A DNA stretch of 64,000 nucleotides from Glycera tridactyla. Taxonomy: Eukaryota. The position numbers and the translations under genes were made by a program. Below, in pieces: positions 1 through 13,251 of this stretch; positions within the stretch are counted from its first letter, which is position 1; every line of letters begins with the position of its first letter. The stretch lies in contig OZ286468.1 in the NCBI GenBank assembly GCA_965644265.1, forward strand, positions 14,136,001-14,200,000, written 5' to 3'. The notes beneath the pieces are model-generated. The model saw nothing but the letters and a program-made list of their open reading frames with translations. It was not told the DNA's origin and searched no databases.

Positions 1-294
1 AGTTGACGAAAATTCAAAAAAAATAATGGAGCAGTGCTGCCTTATTTTTTTATAAGTAAATGTAAATGGCTCAGACTGAGTTGTTAAAACTAGTATCAAG
101 AAAGTTATACTATTGATATCACTCGATATTTCTTGCGAAGAAAAATGGTTCAAGCGAGTAGATTCAATTTCTGTACTCTTTGGCATAACTTGATGTGTTC
201 TTTCAATGTAACTCAATACACGAAGTTAACTCAACTCAACTGAGTTATGGTAACTTATCCCTACAGATTTCCCTGGATAGTTGACTCCACTTCA

Positions 295-470
295 CTAATT
301 GATGGAATAGTCACCTGAAATGATAAGGGTTAATACACAGAAAGTGACATATTTGAGCTGGGAGTTAAAGGAATAGTCACCTGAAATGATGAGGGTTAAT
401 ACACAGAAACTGACATATTTGAGCTGATAATGAAGGAATAGTCACCTGTAGTGATAAGGGTCAATAAACT
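295..470. repeat. Short tandem array (about 70-bp unit, about 2.5 copies) of a dispersed repeat; related copy at about 6805-6915
   Basis: GGAATAGTCACCTGAAATGAT...GGGTTAATACACAGAAA(G/C)TGACATATTTGAGCTG recurs at about 303 and 371, partially at about 435, and again near 6865. Confidence 0.75.
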
Positions 471-1189
471 GCAGCTCAACCTTTGTAAATTGACCTACAA
501 AACAAACATATGAAATTTCCATCTGCAAGTGAACACAAATAGACAAGGATTGATGATCAAACTGGCTCACATTGATGCATCAATGAAAATGATACCAAAA
601 CAGGTTAATCAGCTTGCACCACTTTATCAACAACTTCAAATGGTAATTATGATATAGCTGTTGAAATATATGTTCGAAACTAGATACCATGTGCTATTAC
701 ACCAATGACCTCTCTGTGTGAATCCATTGAATGAATACATTATTCATTGATGGATCCTGTATATTGGATGTATGGCAATAGGCTAGAGGTTGGTGAATCA
801 GAGTATCTAAGAAGAGCTAATGTTACTTATAATATATTTCTTGGCTATGCAGGATACAAGAGTAATATTTTTCCGTCGGAGACGGTACTATTTTCACTTT
901 GGGATTCCCACTCAATCTAGACATTGCTATCGTCCATTTCACAGGGTCATCCGCCATGAATCGACGTTGTTTGACTATGTTAATCACACATGTTCTGTGG
1001 ACTACCATTTGTAAACGATCGCTATCAAATTATCAGAATTGAACTGAAACTGCTTGAAAAATGTGTGGAATGTGTGAGAAACAGTAGTTTTTGCATGAAA
1101 CAGTGCTAATTTCGGATATTGTAGATTGATGACTGTGTGAGAATCTTTGAAACGAAAAATATATTATTAGAAGCGACGCATGGTGGATA

Positions 1190-1320
1190 AAGAGGGCGGG
1201 GAAACCCCTCCGTGACGTCATAACAGCTAGCAAACATGGCGCGCAGGGAAGAAGTTGCCATTCACGATTTCGGAAAGGTGCGCGCATCTCACCGCGCACG
1301 TTACGAAAGCGAGGCTCAGG
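1190..1320. promoter_or_regulatory. CpG-rich promoter-like island
   Basis: GC box GGGCGGG at 1194-1200, palindromic CRE TGACGTCA at 1213-1220 and YY1-type AACATGGCG at 1233-1241, with local CpG enrichment in otherwise CpG-poor DNA. Confidence 0.6.
1236..1277 (+). CDS. Candidate first coding exon of an unidentified host gene (MARREEVAIHDFGK)
   Basis: ATG in aacATGg context inside the promoter island; 14 codons followed by a possible phase-0 donor AAG|GTGCGC. Product not recognised. Confidence 0.3.
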
Positions 1321-2119
1321 GGACTAGGCTGCTCCTGTCAACTGTCACCTGCTTGTCTCTGTCACCTGTCACATGTGTCAGTAGACTCTGAATCCCATAT
1401 TTGAGCTCATTTTAGTGATGAAATTGTTGTTGTTATTGTTCTATAGCTGGGCATTGTTGGCATGGCCAACCACAGGAACTTGGGTGTCTGTAGCCTATAG
1501 AATTCTGCACTATCTAGGTTCCAAGCCAACCCTAACACACACACCCACCCTCCAAATTAAGATTGCCTTCACAGTCTCTTCCAATTAAAATCCTTCTGCA
1601 AGTGGTGTCAACTCCCCCCCCCCCCCACAACCCAGACCTATCCACAAAGACCACCCATGGATAATAGATAGGTGACCATTGTGAAGAGGTGGGCTTGATC
1701 ATCTATGGTAGAAAATACTCACATGGTGGCCTTTGTACAGACCTTTATACCTTGATGGTCTCTCAAGCATGTTCAACTGTATTTACTTCACTGTTAAATT
1801 GCCGGTCAGTTGTCCCTCCCCCCCCCCCCCCCCACCCAACACACAGACACAGTAGAACCTGTCCACAAAGACCATCCTTGATTGAATCATTGTAGAGATG
1901 AAATTCACAGAATATGCCTGGCATACTTGAGTTCAAATCATGTATTTTGGTTTGATTCATCCTTTGTTCATATTCTGACTCACTTTGAAGCAGTTTATTT
2001 GAGAAAAATTGAAATTCATTTTCCTGAAGCCAGCCCCAAGATTACATTAGAGAGTAGATTCTCAGCCTGCTGATAGCATTCAACACTAGGGTATGATAAA
2101 TACATGGATTTTCTAAATA

Positions 2120-2295
2120 CATACAAACCTGTATTGAGCAACCAACCTCGGGACAGTGAAAAGTGGTTGCTTAAGACAGGTGGTTATCTAATACAGGTTA
2201 ATAATAGTGAGAAATGCTCTGGAGGGATTTTCAAAAGTGGTTGCTTAAGGCAGGTGGTTGCTTAATACAGGTGCCCTTTATAGCAGGTTCAACTG
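2120..2295. mobile_element. Tc1/mariner-pogo type MITE (degenerate left end)
   Basis: Ends CATACAAACCTG / CAGGTTCAACTG flanked by TA; internal GTGGTTGCTTAAG repeats. Confidence 0.55.
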
Positions 2296-2297
2296 TA

Positions 2298-2454
2298 CAG
2301 TCGAACCTCCTCTAAAGACCACCTCTCTATAAAGACCGCCCTAGCTGTGATCATGGTAGTATTTTCAACAGTGAATGACCTCTCTATAAAGACCACCACC
2401 CTATAAAGACCACTTTTTATGCGACCGAGGACAGTCTTTATAGAGGTTCAACTG
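2298..2454. mobile_element. Tc1/mariner-pogo type MITE abutting the previous one
   Basis: TIRs CAGTCGAACCTC / GAGGTTCAACTG with TA on both sides (2296-2297, 2455-2456); internal TATAAAGACCAC repeats. Confidence 0.75.
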
Positions 2455-3002
2455 TATACCTGAATGAACTCATCTGGCAGAGGGCATTTTCCCATCCCTA
2501 TCTTTGTTTGTGTGGAAATCAGGAAGTATTTAAAGTCCCAGGGCGAATGAAATGCATACTTTTCTCACTGTGCCGTCTGTTGATTCCATATGCAGATGTG
2601 ACAGTTTATTTCAATCCTATTTTAGTACCACTATACCTGACCACTGGCAACTCATGATTATTTCACTGAGAGTGTGCAGCAGGGCACCACAACATCAAAA
2701 TTATCCACCTGCCCGGTGGGCAGGTACTTTTTCAGATCTACCTGCCCCCTTCAAAATTCAGCATGCCCCCATTATGTGTTCCTTGCATATATTATCATTC
2801 TCTACCTGTCCATCGGGCAGGTGGATTAGAAAATCAACCTGCCCACCTTGGAAATCTACCTGCAAGGGGCAGGTGGGAGGCCATCTTGTCGTGCCCTGTG
2901 CAGTCATGAGGGATCTTACCTGGAATTCTGGGTTGTGATGTTACCTACCTTCTCCATGTATGAGTGGATGTGAAGAACTCCCAATCTGCTTGGTCTTCTG
3001 TA

Positions 3003-3063
3003 ACCACCACCACCTCCTCCACCACCACCACCACCACCACCACCACCACCACCACCACCACCA
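3003..3063. repeat. (CCA)n microsatellite
   Basis: Direct reading. Confidence 0.95.
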
Positions 3064-4305
3064 CGCCCCAGCCCATCATCTCGATACATGATCACAGGCT
3101 CTGCTGATTGCAATTGACACCACCACCTTTCTACTGTTGAGTTGGGGGGGGGGCTATAGGACAGGGTCAGTGTGAGTCAGTCTTGACACTTGGGATGTGC
3201 TCACTCAAACCCTAAGCTCAATTGAGTGGGGTCAGTCAGGAGGGAAGGAGGGGGAGTGTGCATAGATGCATGACATGGGACAGGTGAGCACATATCAGTG
3301 GGCAAGTCAGTCATGATATTCAGAATGTGCTCACCCAAACCACAAGCTCACTGGAATGAGGTCAGGAGGGAGGGAGGTCTGAATGGGTTGGGTGGAGGGG
3401 GTGAGATGGGGGAGGGACCGTAGACATGGACGACACTACCAATAACCAGTCACCACCACCAACATCCACCACCATTTCTTTCACTAGACAATTGACAGAT
3501 CTTTATTTAGACAAAAGTTGAAAAAAATCGAATAAACACAATGTTTCCCTCAATACATCTATTTCAGAACTACAAGCTACAGCCTACCTTTTCGACATCA
3601 TCCTCTTTTTATTGAGACTATTTGATTTTACGATATCTGGAACAATTACGCTGTAAATGAAGGAACATCTCAAACATGTGCATGTGATGTGAAATAATGA
3701 GAAATTTACCTATTATACTGAAGAAATACATGTAATGATGCCTTTGAAAGTGGTTGAGGAATTTACTTGTGTGTCTCTCATCATTCAGATCATACTACTC
3801 ATCACATAGTGTAGTGATGGGGTCAAAATGGATGGAAAAGTTTCCAAATTATATTGACACAGACACAAAAATAACTTCAAAGTAGGGTCCCTTGGATTCA
3901 TTTGGTTTGGTTGAGGTTTAACTGCAGGTTACATTCTAGAGGATTATGCATGCTGTCTGTTTCTAGTCGATGAATGCTAGATGTTCTTCCTCCCTGCAGG
4001 CACCACTCTCACAAACCTTGAGCATAATGATGTGGAACCAGAAAGTAGCCAATTTAGGAACAAATAAGCTGAAATTACAGTATCATCTTGAAGTGAGACA
4101 GAAAATTATGAAAAATTCTGTGCTGAAAAAAGACATGCAATAAAACTGTTGAATGTGGGTCAGTAATTTCACTGTACAGTCACCATCCTCCATGAACCTC
4201 ACATCTTGTCTGTGAGCAATGAATAAACGCCAATATAGCTGATTATCAATTGAAATGAATCCGACTAATTGATTCCGAAATCTAGGTAATGATTCCTAAC
4301 ACTAG

Positions 4306-4437
4306 TTTCTGGCAAAAGTTCACACAGAACTCTTGAAAGTAGATGCATCTCCATCCCATGAAACACTGCTGGGGGTCGTTTTCAGCACTAGGACTCAATC
4401 TGATGATCCAGTAGCGATTGACATCTTGTCTTGTCAG
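4306..4437 (+). CDS. Candidate internal exon (FLAKVHTELLKVDASPSHETLLGVVFSTRTQSDDPVAIDILSCQ)
   Basis: 44 open codons between TAG| (after CTAAC) and CAG|GTGAAG; phase 0/0, compatible with the 1236-1277 candidate exon. No homologue recognised. Confidence 0.2.
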
Positions 4438-5415
4438 GTGAAGCTTGATACATTTCCACGTCAGGTTTGATGACAGATGACTTGTTCTGTCACTCAAGGA
4501 GCCTGGTGAAGAAATCAGATCATTCAGTCATTATAGTCCATAAAAACAGTGATATGCATAAAACCTTTTACAAAGATACCAACTAAAACATGCATACCTT
4601 TCGGATAGACTATTGGATGGACAGATGAATAGATGGATGAATGAAGAAAGTGAGGCAGGGTGAATAGAGGGGTGGTGGTGGTGGGGGTGATCAAAGGAAA
4701 GAAAAGTGAATGGATTGATGGGTGATTGTTCTCTGTAATCTGTGATTGAATAGGTGATCAAAGCTAAAGAGAAGCCATGGTGGTGGGTGTGAGGGGGGTG
4801 GCAACATCAACAGTGCATGTGTCAAGCTGTCACGCTTCAGTGATTTGCACTATGAGCACAAAACAGACCAAAACCTCCCTAATCTAAGAATGCAAGTCAC
4901 CATAAAAAAAATCTGGTATGTTTTTTCCAAGCATATGACAGATTGGTTCTGTTTACCAATTCAGTGACTGCGCAAAAGTCATGTTGACAGGCTATCTACT
5001 CACCCTGCAGTCTCAAGACTCCCCCATGTCATTCCCCACTTACTGTTACATTCTATCATAGCCAGGGAACAGGATAAATCTGCCTGATCTGTTAAATATA
5101 CAGCATAATAGGCCCATTCATCAAACTGTGCAAGCTAGAGTCAATGGGGATGTTGATTGGGAAGTCCCCTGATGTGGGTTCCAGAAGTGGCCACTAGATG
5201 GCGAGCGCGACTTTCCAAAGAGGTGAATTCGATCGATAGTTCACTGTTTCTGGCGAGTATACGACAGATTCACGCAATTGATACATGGGCTGTACCTAGC
5301 TGGATATGAAAGAATTCCTTTCATCACCAAGACAAGTCATAATACAAGTATTCGCTGGTAAAGTCGCTGTTCTTCTCGCCGCATGCTATCTACTATTAAC
5401 GTGTGTGCGCACGCT

Positions 5416-5724
5416 NNNNNNNNNNNNNNNNNNNNNNNNNNNNNNNNNNNNNNNNNNNNNNNNNNNNNNNNNNNNNNNNNNNNNNNNNNNNNNNNNNNNN
5501 NNNNNNNNNNNNNNNNNNNNNNNNNNNNNNNNNNNNNNNNNNNNNNNNNNNNNNNNNNNNNNNNNNNNNNNNNNNNNNNNNNNNNNNNNNNNNNNNNNNN
5601 CTTTCTGTGTGCGTGTATGATTGATTGCAAGTGTGTGTATATATGTGCATGTGTGGCTGTCTGTTTGTCTGTCTATCAATCTGTCTATTTGCCAGTCTGT
5701 GTGTGTGTGTGTGTGTGTATGTGT

Positions 5725-5778
<54 letters not shown>

Positions 5779-5780
5779 CT
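5416..5780. repeat. N run (5416-5600) followed by (GT)n/(GTCT)n simple repeat
   Basis: Direct reading. Other N runs at 16952-17080, 47436-47578, 47664-47801 and 48151-48298; several abut simple-repeat-like sequence. Confidence 0.9.
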
Positions 5781-8700
5781 CTCTCTACTTCTTACATTTC
5801 CCCACTTTTAAATCACCACCTCTCCGCTGTAAATCGACGACAATTCTTTTTTTTGAAGAAATTTCTTGTTTATATTCATAATTGTCCTTGAAAACTCTGG
5901 AAAGATGCTTATCAACCATACCAGTGAATGTTGCATGAAGGATATATGAAGAATGGGAATCGTCCAGCAAAATGATGCTTTACACACAGATATGGTGGTC
6001 CACTGTGTAGCATAATGTCGCTGTATTCTTTTGAGGTGGTCTTTGTGTAGAGGTGATCTCCAAAGCAGGCTTGACTGTATACATGAGGTGATGGGTTGAA
6101 CTAGCATCCAAAGAAGTTGAAGTTTGCTCTCATACATGAAACAGTCTCCGTAGGTCTTCTTCATCCACATCAACATCATTAGCCTAATCTAATTCAGAAT
6201 TCTTATGATCTAGCCTAGCAGGAAAACTTAATCAAGCAGGTTTGTTCTCATCAATAAGTGGTCTCTGTAGTCAGGTGGAATTTGTAGAGAGGTTGTTTAC
6301 TTGATGAAATATTGATGAAGCCACTACTTGGGACATTCTTCATGAGGTGACCTTTGTACATACATAGTCTTTCTAGCAGCTTTGACTGACCTCCAATGAA
6401 TTCTTGACCGGCCTATTCAAATACATATGTGGACATTCAATGACTTAAAATACAATGCAGTGACCATGTCCACACTATTTGAACCATTATATACAGCACC
6501 TGCTTGTGACCACCTCTATATCGAAACCACGGTTATACAAAAAAAAAGACAAAAGCTGTGACCGCGTTAGTACTCTCTACAGATAACATCAGTCCCTGTA
6601 GGAAGGTGGCGTATGTAGAGATTATTTACTTCACAGAATATGAGATTGGCCTTTGTAAGGTGGTCTTTATACGAAAGTGATCTTTTTAGCAAGTCTGACA
6701 GGACTGACTGGACAACATAAACTCAACTTGTCTAACAGTAGATCATTCAATAACAGTTGTCTGTTAAACTCACTGGCCTAAGTCAAACCTGCTTGGGTGT
6801 ACCGAGTTATGGTAACTTATCACTACAGCTTTCCCTGAATAGTTGACTGCTTCACTTATTGATGGAATAGCCACCTAAAATGCCAAAGGTTAATACACAG
6901 AAAGTGACATATTTGAGACATAGCAGAGATATGATCAAGCATGGTCATTGTACACAGGTTTGACTTTTCTACAGATAACATCTCTGTGGAATATCAACAC
7001 TAATATATATATGTATAAGACCTGAAAAACTTGAATGCGTGGCATGCTAACAAACACTGATCACCTGCGCATGAAATTAAAATACAGACCTGTCTAACCT
7101 CTGAACAAAGGCCACCTGCCTATGAGGACCACCATCAACTATGATCATGATGGCAATTTCACATCAGGCAACCTCTGTGCAAATACTACCTCCCTTCATA
7201 GGCCATTTTTCAATGTGACCATAGATGGTCTTTGAAGACAGGTTTGACTGCAAGAGAGTCAACTAATGCATGGGATGCCCTTCACCCACCAAAATCTGGA
7301 TCTAGGTTATGGCTGTAATTCAAATGTGAATCAACTGGTACAAATGATATCATGAACACCGAACAATCAATGTGGAAGAGACATATACAAGTAGGCTCTC
7401 TCAATTTTGATACTTCAAATTGATAATGCATAGATTGGTAATTACCTATTCAGCTAGATTAAAAAGGATGTGGAGACAAGTGATGTCATGAATGCCCATT
7501 ACAGCAGTAAGGCAGGGTAGCACAGATTATGAGGGGAAGATTAGCTTGCTTGACCGACAGGGGAAGGAGAGGGGACCCCCTCCTATCACACCCTGTATCC
7601 ATAGTGCAGAGATGCAGCAAGTCAAGTATAAACATATGGTGTGTGAGACTTATCATTACTTGTTTAGTTCAACTGACTCAAATGTATTGGGTAGAGCACC
7701 AACAGTTTTTACAGTGTAAATCTCCGAAACATGCAAACAAACACTTGAATGGTTTCCAAGATCAAAATACTTTAACCTATACACATAATATGCAAGCAAA
7801 CATGATTTTGTAACGAACAAGAAAACGTAAAACTAGTCCTGAAACTTTTCAGGTAATTGTCGAGAAACTGTTCTGACTCTTTTGCACTTGGTGACCATGA
7901 AATTGAAGATGGCTGCCCCAGAATATATAGGTGTCTTACCAAGTTTGAGAATTTGACCTTTTTGCACTTTCAGGTGACCACCCCATATCGATAGATGTCT
8001 TGCAATAGCCTAGCAGAGTCTGTGAACCAAGTTCAAGAAGTCTTACCCTCAAGCATTTCAAGTTATTGTCTGAAAACCGTTTTGACATTTTGCTCTTGTT
8101 GACCTTGAAAGTCAAGATGGCTGCCCCAAACAATAGGTGTTTTTTTTACCATATCTGTACACGATGTTATTGTCTGGAAACCGTTTTAGCACTTAGTGTC
8201 CTTGAAATTCAAGATGGTCACCCAAAAATCAATTAGAATTTTACCATGGCCCAGGAGAGTCTGTACACCAAGTTTGTGAAGTCTCGCCCTCAATCTTCTT
8301 GAGCCATCATCCAGAATACATAGTAGAAGACACTCATGGCTTATCACGAGCCTGACTCACTCCTGCCAGGCAAATTCCAAGAGCCAAAATTGAAATTTGG
8401 TAGCCAGTCAGTAGTGAAGCAATTGAAACTTGAAATAATTATTGGATCCAATATTAAATAATTGGCAGGGAGAGGTGGAATTTGGTAGCAGAGTCAATCC
8501 ATGAACAGTAGTTATACTGGCAAATTGTCAGCCATCTACACCTGAGATAATTAGAGAGAGAGGGAGGGAGGGAGAGAGAGGGGGAGGGAGGGAGGGAGAG
8601 AGAGGGAGGGAGTGAGAGTATGAATATGAAAGTAACTGATGATATGTAAAACACATTCAATTTGAAGAGGTCTCAGTGATGGTAGAAAACTAGGCCATAT

Positions 8701-8797
8701 GGGCATACCACCCAATGAACACATGGATACCCTAGACATGCCCTAGACATGAGTCTTGAATGATCCCACGTAAGTCCATTTCATGGGTGTCTCAATA

Positions 8798-9644
8798 CAG
8801 TCAAACCTGGTCTAGCATGCACCTCTACTCAGCATGACCCTCTCTTAAGCATGCACTTTCAATTCCCCCACCATATTTCCACCTGTACTAGGCAGGAACC
8901 TGCCTTAGAAGGGCAGTGTGAACGTTTTAAGCCTCCCTCCATGGGCACACCCCTCTTCTAAGCATGCACCCACATCCAATCCAGGGGTATGTTTAGCCCA
9001 TGATTGCAATCAGTCAACAGACTGTTATTGTTCTAAGCCACTCAGCTGTATTCCCTGGCCACTGCCAAAGGTGCCCAATGAATGGAAACCATCCCATCAC
9101 TATTTCCCCACCACAAATTTAGACCAGAAGTCAGTCTCATGTAATCTTCACTTTGATGCATGTTGTTTGAATTGGATTTGAAATGTCGAGTCCGAAGAGG
9201 AAATGCCTAACATTAGCAGAGGGAGTGGAGGTGCTGAAAGTCATGGATTCTGGCGAAAAGACTGGTATCATAGCTATGCAGTATCGTGTTGGGAAAACAC
9301 AACTCCATTTACTGAAGTAGAGGAACCATGAAGTGATTGCAGAATATGAAAATCCTGACAGCAAACAGCAATGCAAACGAACTTGATTTGAGGGTATCAA
9401 CAGTCTCATATAGACCTGGTTCCAAGATGCAACCATCTTGTGGTTCTTTATCAACCATGTATCTTTTATATGAATCAGTTAATCTGCTTTATTGAGAATA
9501 CACAGATTTCATCTGCTCACATTTGTTCACCTTATATTTAGGTTTTTGAGAGGGCGGGCCTGTGGGTGAATCTCCACTATGCATGCACCTCTTCTAGGCA
9601 TGCTATCATTTCCCTCGACCGCATGCTTAGGACAGGTTTGACTG
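8798..9644 (+). mobile_element. Internally deleted pogo/Tigger-like DNA transposon
   Basis: TIRs CAGTCAAACCTG / CAGGTTTGACTG, TA duplication at 8796-8797 and 9645-9646, subterminal GCATGC repeats, and a transposase N-terminal remnant inside. Confidence 0.8.
9183..9320 (+). pseudogene. Remnant of pogo/Tigger transposase N-terminal HTH (CENP-B/psq type)
   Basis: Translates MSSPKRKCLTLAEGVEVLKVMDSGEKTGIIAMQYRVGKTQLHLLK*, matching the KRK-x-LT-L-x-E...G...IA-x-x-F/Y-x-VGK pattern; premature stop. Confidence 0.65.
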
Positions 9645-9984
9645 TATAGCTTGGATGGTGCTCACAAGATGTGAAAACTGCATGATAAGTGTCACAGCCT
9701 AGAACACCCACCATCTCAATAGCATATAGTAACCACCAAACATGTATTGAGCCAAAACCATTTCCTGCTCGGGTACCTGGCAGTACCTGAAAATACATGA
9801 TATATGTAGATACATGGGGTGTCAACTGCCGACAACGCGTATATACGGTGTTTTGGCAACATAATTTCTTTCTCGGCGATCAATCAACTTGAAGGGTGTA
9901 AGTATGTGGTGTGGGAAAATAAAATTAGGGCGAACAATGATCCCGTTATTGTGCACTGGTTGGCCTGCTGCACTCAATGCACTG

Positions 9985-10082
9985 TGTGTGTATGTGTGTG
10001 TGTGGGGGGGGGGGGTGCATGTGTGTGAGTGCGTGTGTCTCATCTGTTTGTGCTTGTGAGTATACGAGTGTGTATATCTTTA

Positions 10083-10136
<54 letters not shown>

Positions 10137-10290
10137 TGTATACGTGTGTGTGAGTGTGCGCGTGCTTGTAAGTGTATGAGTGTGTGTATGTGCGTGCTTG
10201 TATACGTGCGTGCGTGTGTGTGTGTCTGTGTGTCTGTGATGTGTGTGTATACGTGTCTGTGTGTGTTTGTGGGCGCGTGTGTGTGTTCCA
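9985..10290. repeat. (GT)n-rich microsatellite
   Basis: Direct reading. Confidence 0.9.
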
Positions 10291-10452
10291 CTGGCCGTGA
10301 CCAGGTCAAGTGTGTCCGTATTAGTCACAGTTCATTTCAACTCTAGTTGACGGAGAAAGCGGCCACTGTCTGCAGTGTGACGGCGCGTTCACTCTCGACT
10401 GCCACTGTCCAACTTCTCCAGTAGCTAACCACAGTTCACGACCGCAGCTACT

Positions 10453-10460
10453 TTCCCACA
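10453..10460 (-). promoter_or_regulatory. CSL/Su(H)/RBPJ consensus site (distal)
   Basis: TTCCCACA = TGTGGGAA on the minus strand, 2.8 kb upstream of the NRARP ATG, in a CpG-rich patch. Confidence 0.35.
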
Positions 10461-11343
10461 CATTATCAATTTCCCCGCCAGCAGCGTCACCAGACGACAT
10501 TTCAACTAGACAGTCAAAGGTTTTAGCAGATGTGTGATTTGCCGGCCGAATACTCAGTCTTTGGGGAAGTAAATACGAAACGGGACGTCTGTTCAGCAGA
10601 ATTAAGAAAAGTCCTAGACGATCAAGAGAAATTGGGATCTCTGAGCGTCCATTTATGCCACTGAAATGCCACAGAGTTTCCATGTTTATAAACAGCTGAT
10701 TATAAGGGAGTTTTATGTGGTTAGTGGGATACCACTGGCTTCGCGTTGTGACAGCAGACTGGCTGGTGTAATCCGATGTTCGCATTCCATTTGGACAGAA
10801 AGCGTCGAGAAACATTTTGATACAATTTATTGGATTTTCCATTTGCGTTTCTAACCCTTATCCGATTTCTACAGTTCGTTGATTGGATGGCGTATCGACC
10901 CGTTGTATGTTGTGTGGTCCCTAATATGATGGGAAACGTGAAAGGTTGTCAAGTGGTAGTAGATGACAGTTCATACACGCCTCTACCTATCTTATGTAGC
11001 AATGCTTTCACTTTGAGCAAAACATGGGTCTGACTGTTCATAGACACCTTTCCGCACATCAAATACACCGATCCACTGTTGGATGGCTTTGCTATAGGCC
11101 AATACCAAAGGAATCAGATACATAATGGGGGGGGGGGGGGGGGGGTCTAAACATACGGTTCTGGATTTTCTATAGGGTGATGTATCAAAACATGGAACAC
11201 ATAACACAACACGCAAAATTTCTGTTCATATTTGTTTGGGAAAGGACATTGAACACCAATGAATCTCAGCAGATACGAATCTGATTGATTGATCGACTGA
11301 TTGATTGAAGTTCAGCAACACATACGTCAACCCAAGGGACTAT

Positions 11344-11545
11344 TTGTTTGTTTGAGTTTAACGTCAATTAAATCCGCTTTGGTTATATCGGAATGAAAAA
11401 ACTGAATCTGAAGAAAAGAGTCACCGCTGCCGGGGGCCGCCCCTACTCTCAGCGAAAGACAGCGGTGGTTCTTATACATGCGTGCAGGAAGAGACTTCTA
11501 TCAACACGAACGGCCTCCGATATCCCAGTCGGTATGCACTGGGTT
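11344..11545 (-). mobile_element. About 200-bp SINE-like retroposed element with (CAAA)n tail
   Basis: 13-bp TSD CCCAAGGGACTAT at 11331-11343 and 11546-11558; homologous to 17687-17902 and 42508-42723. Confidence 0.8.
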
Positions 11546-12229
11546 CCCAAGGGACTATCATGCTGTGTGTTCCTGGTTCATAGAGATGATTGGAAAACCA
11601 GAAAGTTTATCAAGTGGAAATAGTTGACAGTTCAGACACACCCCTACACGCCTCACATAAATCTGATGAGCCCAGCGATGACTTATCTTCCCATCCCAAA
11701 CACAGCAGGACTTACAAAGGTCACGGGTTGAAGATCAATGTTGATAGCCGATTGTTGATGGGCCCCTCCTAGCCAAAACCAAAACACTAACCCAATCTGT
11801 ACCCTGCATTCATTCACAGATGTTTCTACTTTTAAGCTAAATCAACCATGCTCCATCCACGACCATTGAGAGATCACTTGAATTCTGTCATCACTGTGAA
11901 ATTTCCAACTCGTTGCATTTAGCTTGAGGAGCAAGAAAGCCAATTTCAGTCCTGAATGATATTATCATTATGACCGCAGGGGAAAGGATGCAATGGTCAG
12001 TCTTCATTGGTGCAACCTAATTTCTTATAGTGACTTCGACAAAAGGCTTGCCGATTTCTTCAAAAGAAGGAAAAGTTTTATCTCCTGGCTGAATGGTTCA
12101 TGTCTCGTTCTGATGCAGGTATGGAAACATCATCACTGTTTAGTTGGCTGAAAGATTGGATGTCTGGCTGCAAGTCTGGCTAACTGACCTGGGTGTGCGT
12201 GTCTGTGCGTGTGTGTATGTGTGTGCGTG

Positions 12230-12630
12230 CGTGTTTTCCCACGACACGTTTTTCCCGTGCGTGGTTGAAACATGCTTGCAGTGGACATGGGTTGACCCGA
12301 TGTGTAGACCGTTGTGGGTGTGCGACCGATGACCTCTTTTCGTCTGGCAAAGACGTTCGCCTCATCATCATTATAATCATCGGTGACCCTTTCAATCAAC
12401 GTCTGCCGATAGCATCCACCGCTTGCCTTCAATCGCGTTTTGAAGTGCCGTCGCTGGTTCATTGAAGCAATGCCGACGCACATTCTCCAGGGCGAATTTC
12501 CGACTTTTTCCCACGCTGCCAAGTGTCTGAATACGCTCGTCAGAACCTCGCGCTGACCCCCGCAACACTCCGCCAATCAAAACGTTAGAAGGCGGGGCGC
12601 TGGGTCAAATCGCTGCACGCTGATTGGTCG
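12230..12630 (+). promoter_or_regulatory. NRARP upstream regulatory region
   Basis: Two perfect CSL sites TTCCCACG (12236-12243, 12508-12515), CCAAT boxes (about 12574 and an inverted one at about 12623) and a GC box (about 12591); CpG-rich. Confidence 0.55.
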
Positions 12631-13251
12631 CTGGGTGCGAAGCGAGTGAAAGTTTACTTCTCGTGTTATGGTGCCTTTAACTGGAATATCTGAATTGTTT
12701 GCACTCTCCAAACACACCTCGTTCTCTGCATATGAGCAACGCAATTGTTGTGTTACTACACCTCTCTTGGACTTGATATAAGAATGGGATATTTTAGAGT
12801 ATTATACCATTTTTGGAGCTAGTTACAGAAGTTTTGGTTGTTCGGTGGATAAGGTATTAGAGGCTATTTGCTAGATAGCCCATGTGTAATGGTCGGTTTT
12901 GAGCTGCTTTGCCGTGTGCTGGTTTGTGGTGTGTTTGACCCACATAGTTTCAAGCTTGTAGACCGTGTAGTTAGCGCAGTCAGGGAGGGCGCTGTCTAGA
13001 TTGTGTGTGCGTGAGTGTGTGCGGACATTGCGTGCGTGTGTGTGCGTGTATGCACCTACAAGTTCACAAGCTGCTATCACGCGCGCTCAGCGAAGATAGA
13101 GATCCAGACACGGTGTAAGTTCTTCAGACACACACCGCATCGTCGAACTTTTACTACGCATATCGTCCGTCCTAAAATCGAACCATCCACCGTACGCACT
13201 CACGTTCTTAGACGTAACTCGCACCGTCTCAACGACGACGTAGGACGTAGA

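Noticed and set aside
5785-5970. Minus-strand ORF resembling a real exon
   Set aside because: No recognisable homology and no convincing partner exons.
13015-13251. N-terminal extension of NRARP in the ORF track (197 aa)
   Set aside because: It begins at a non-ATG codon in (GT)-rich sequence; the first ATG at 13252 gives the normal NRARP length.
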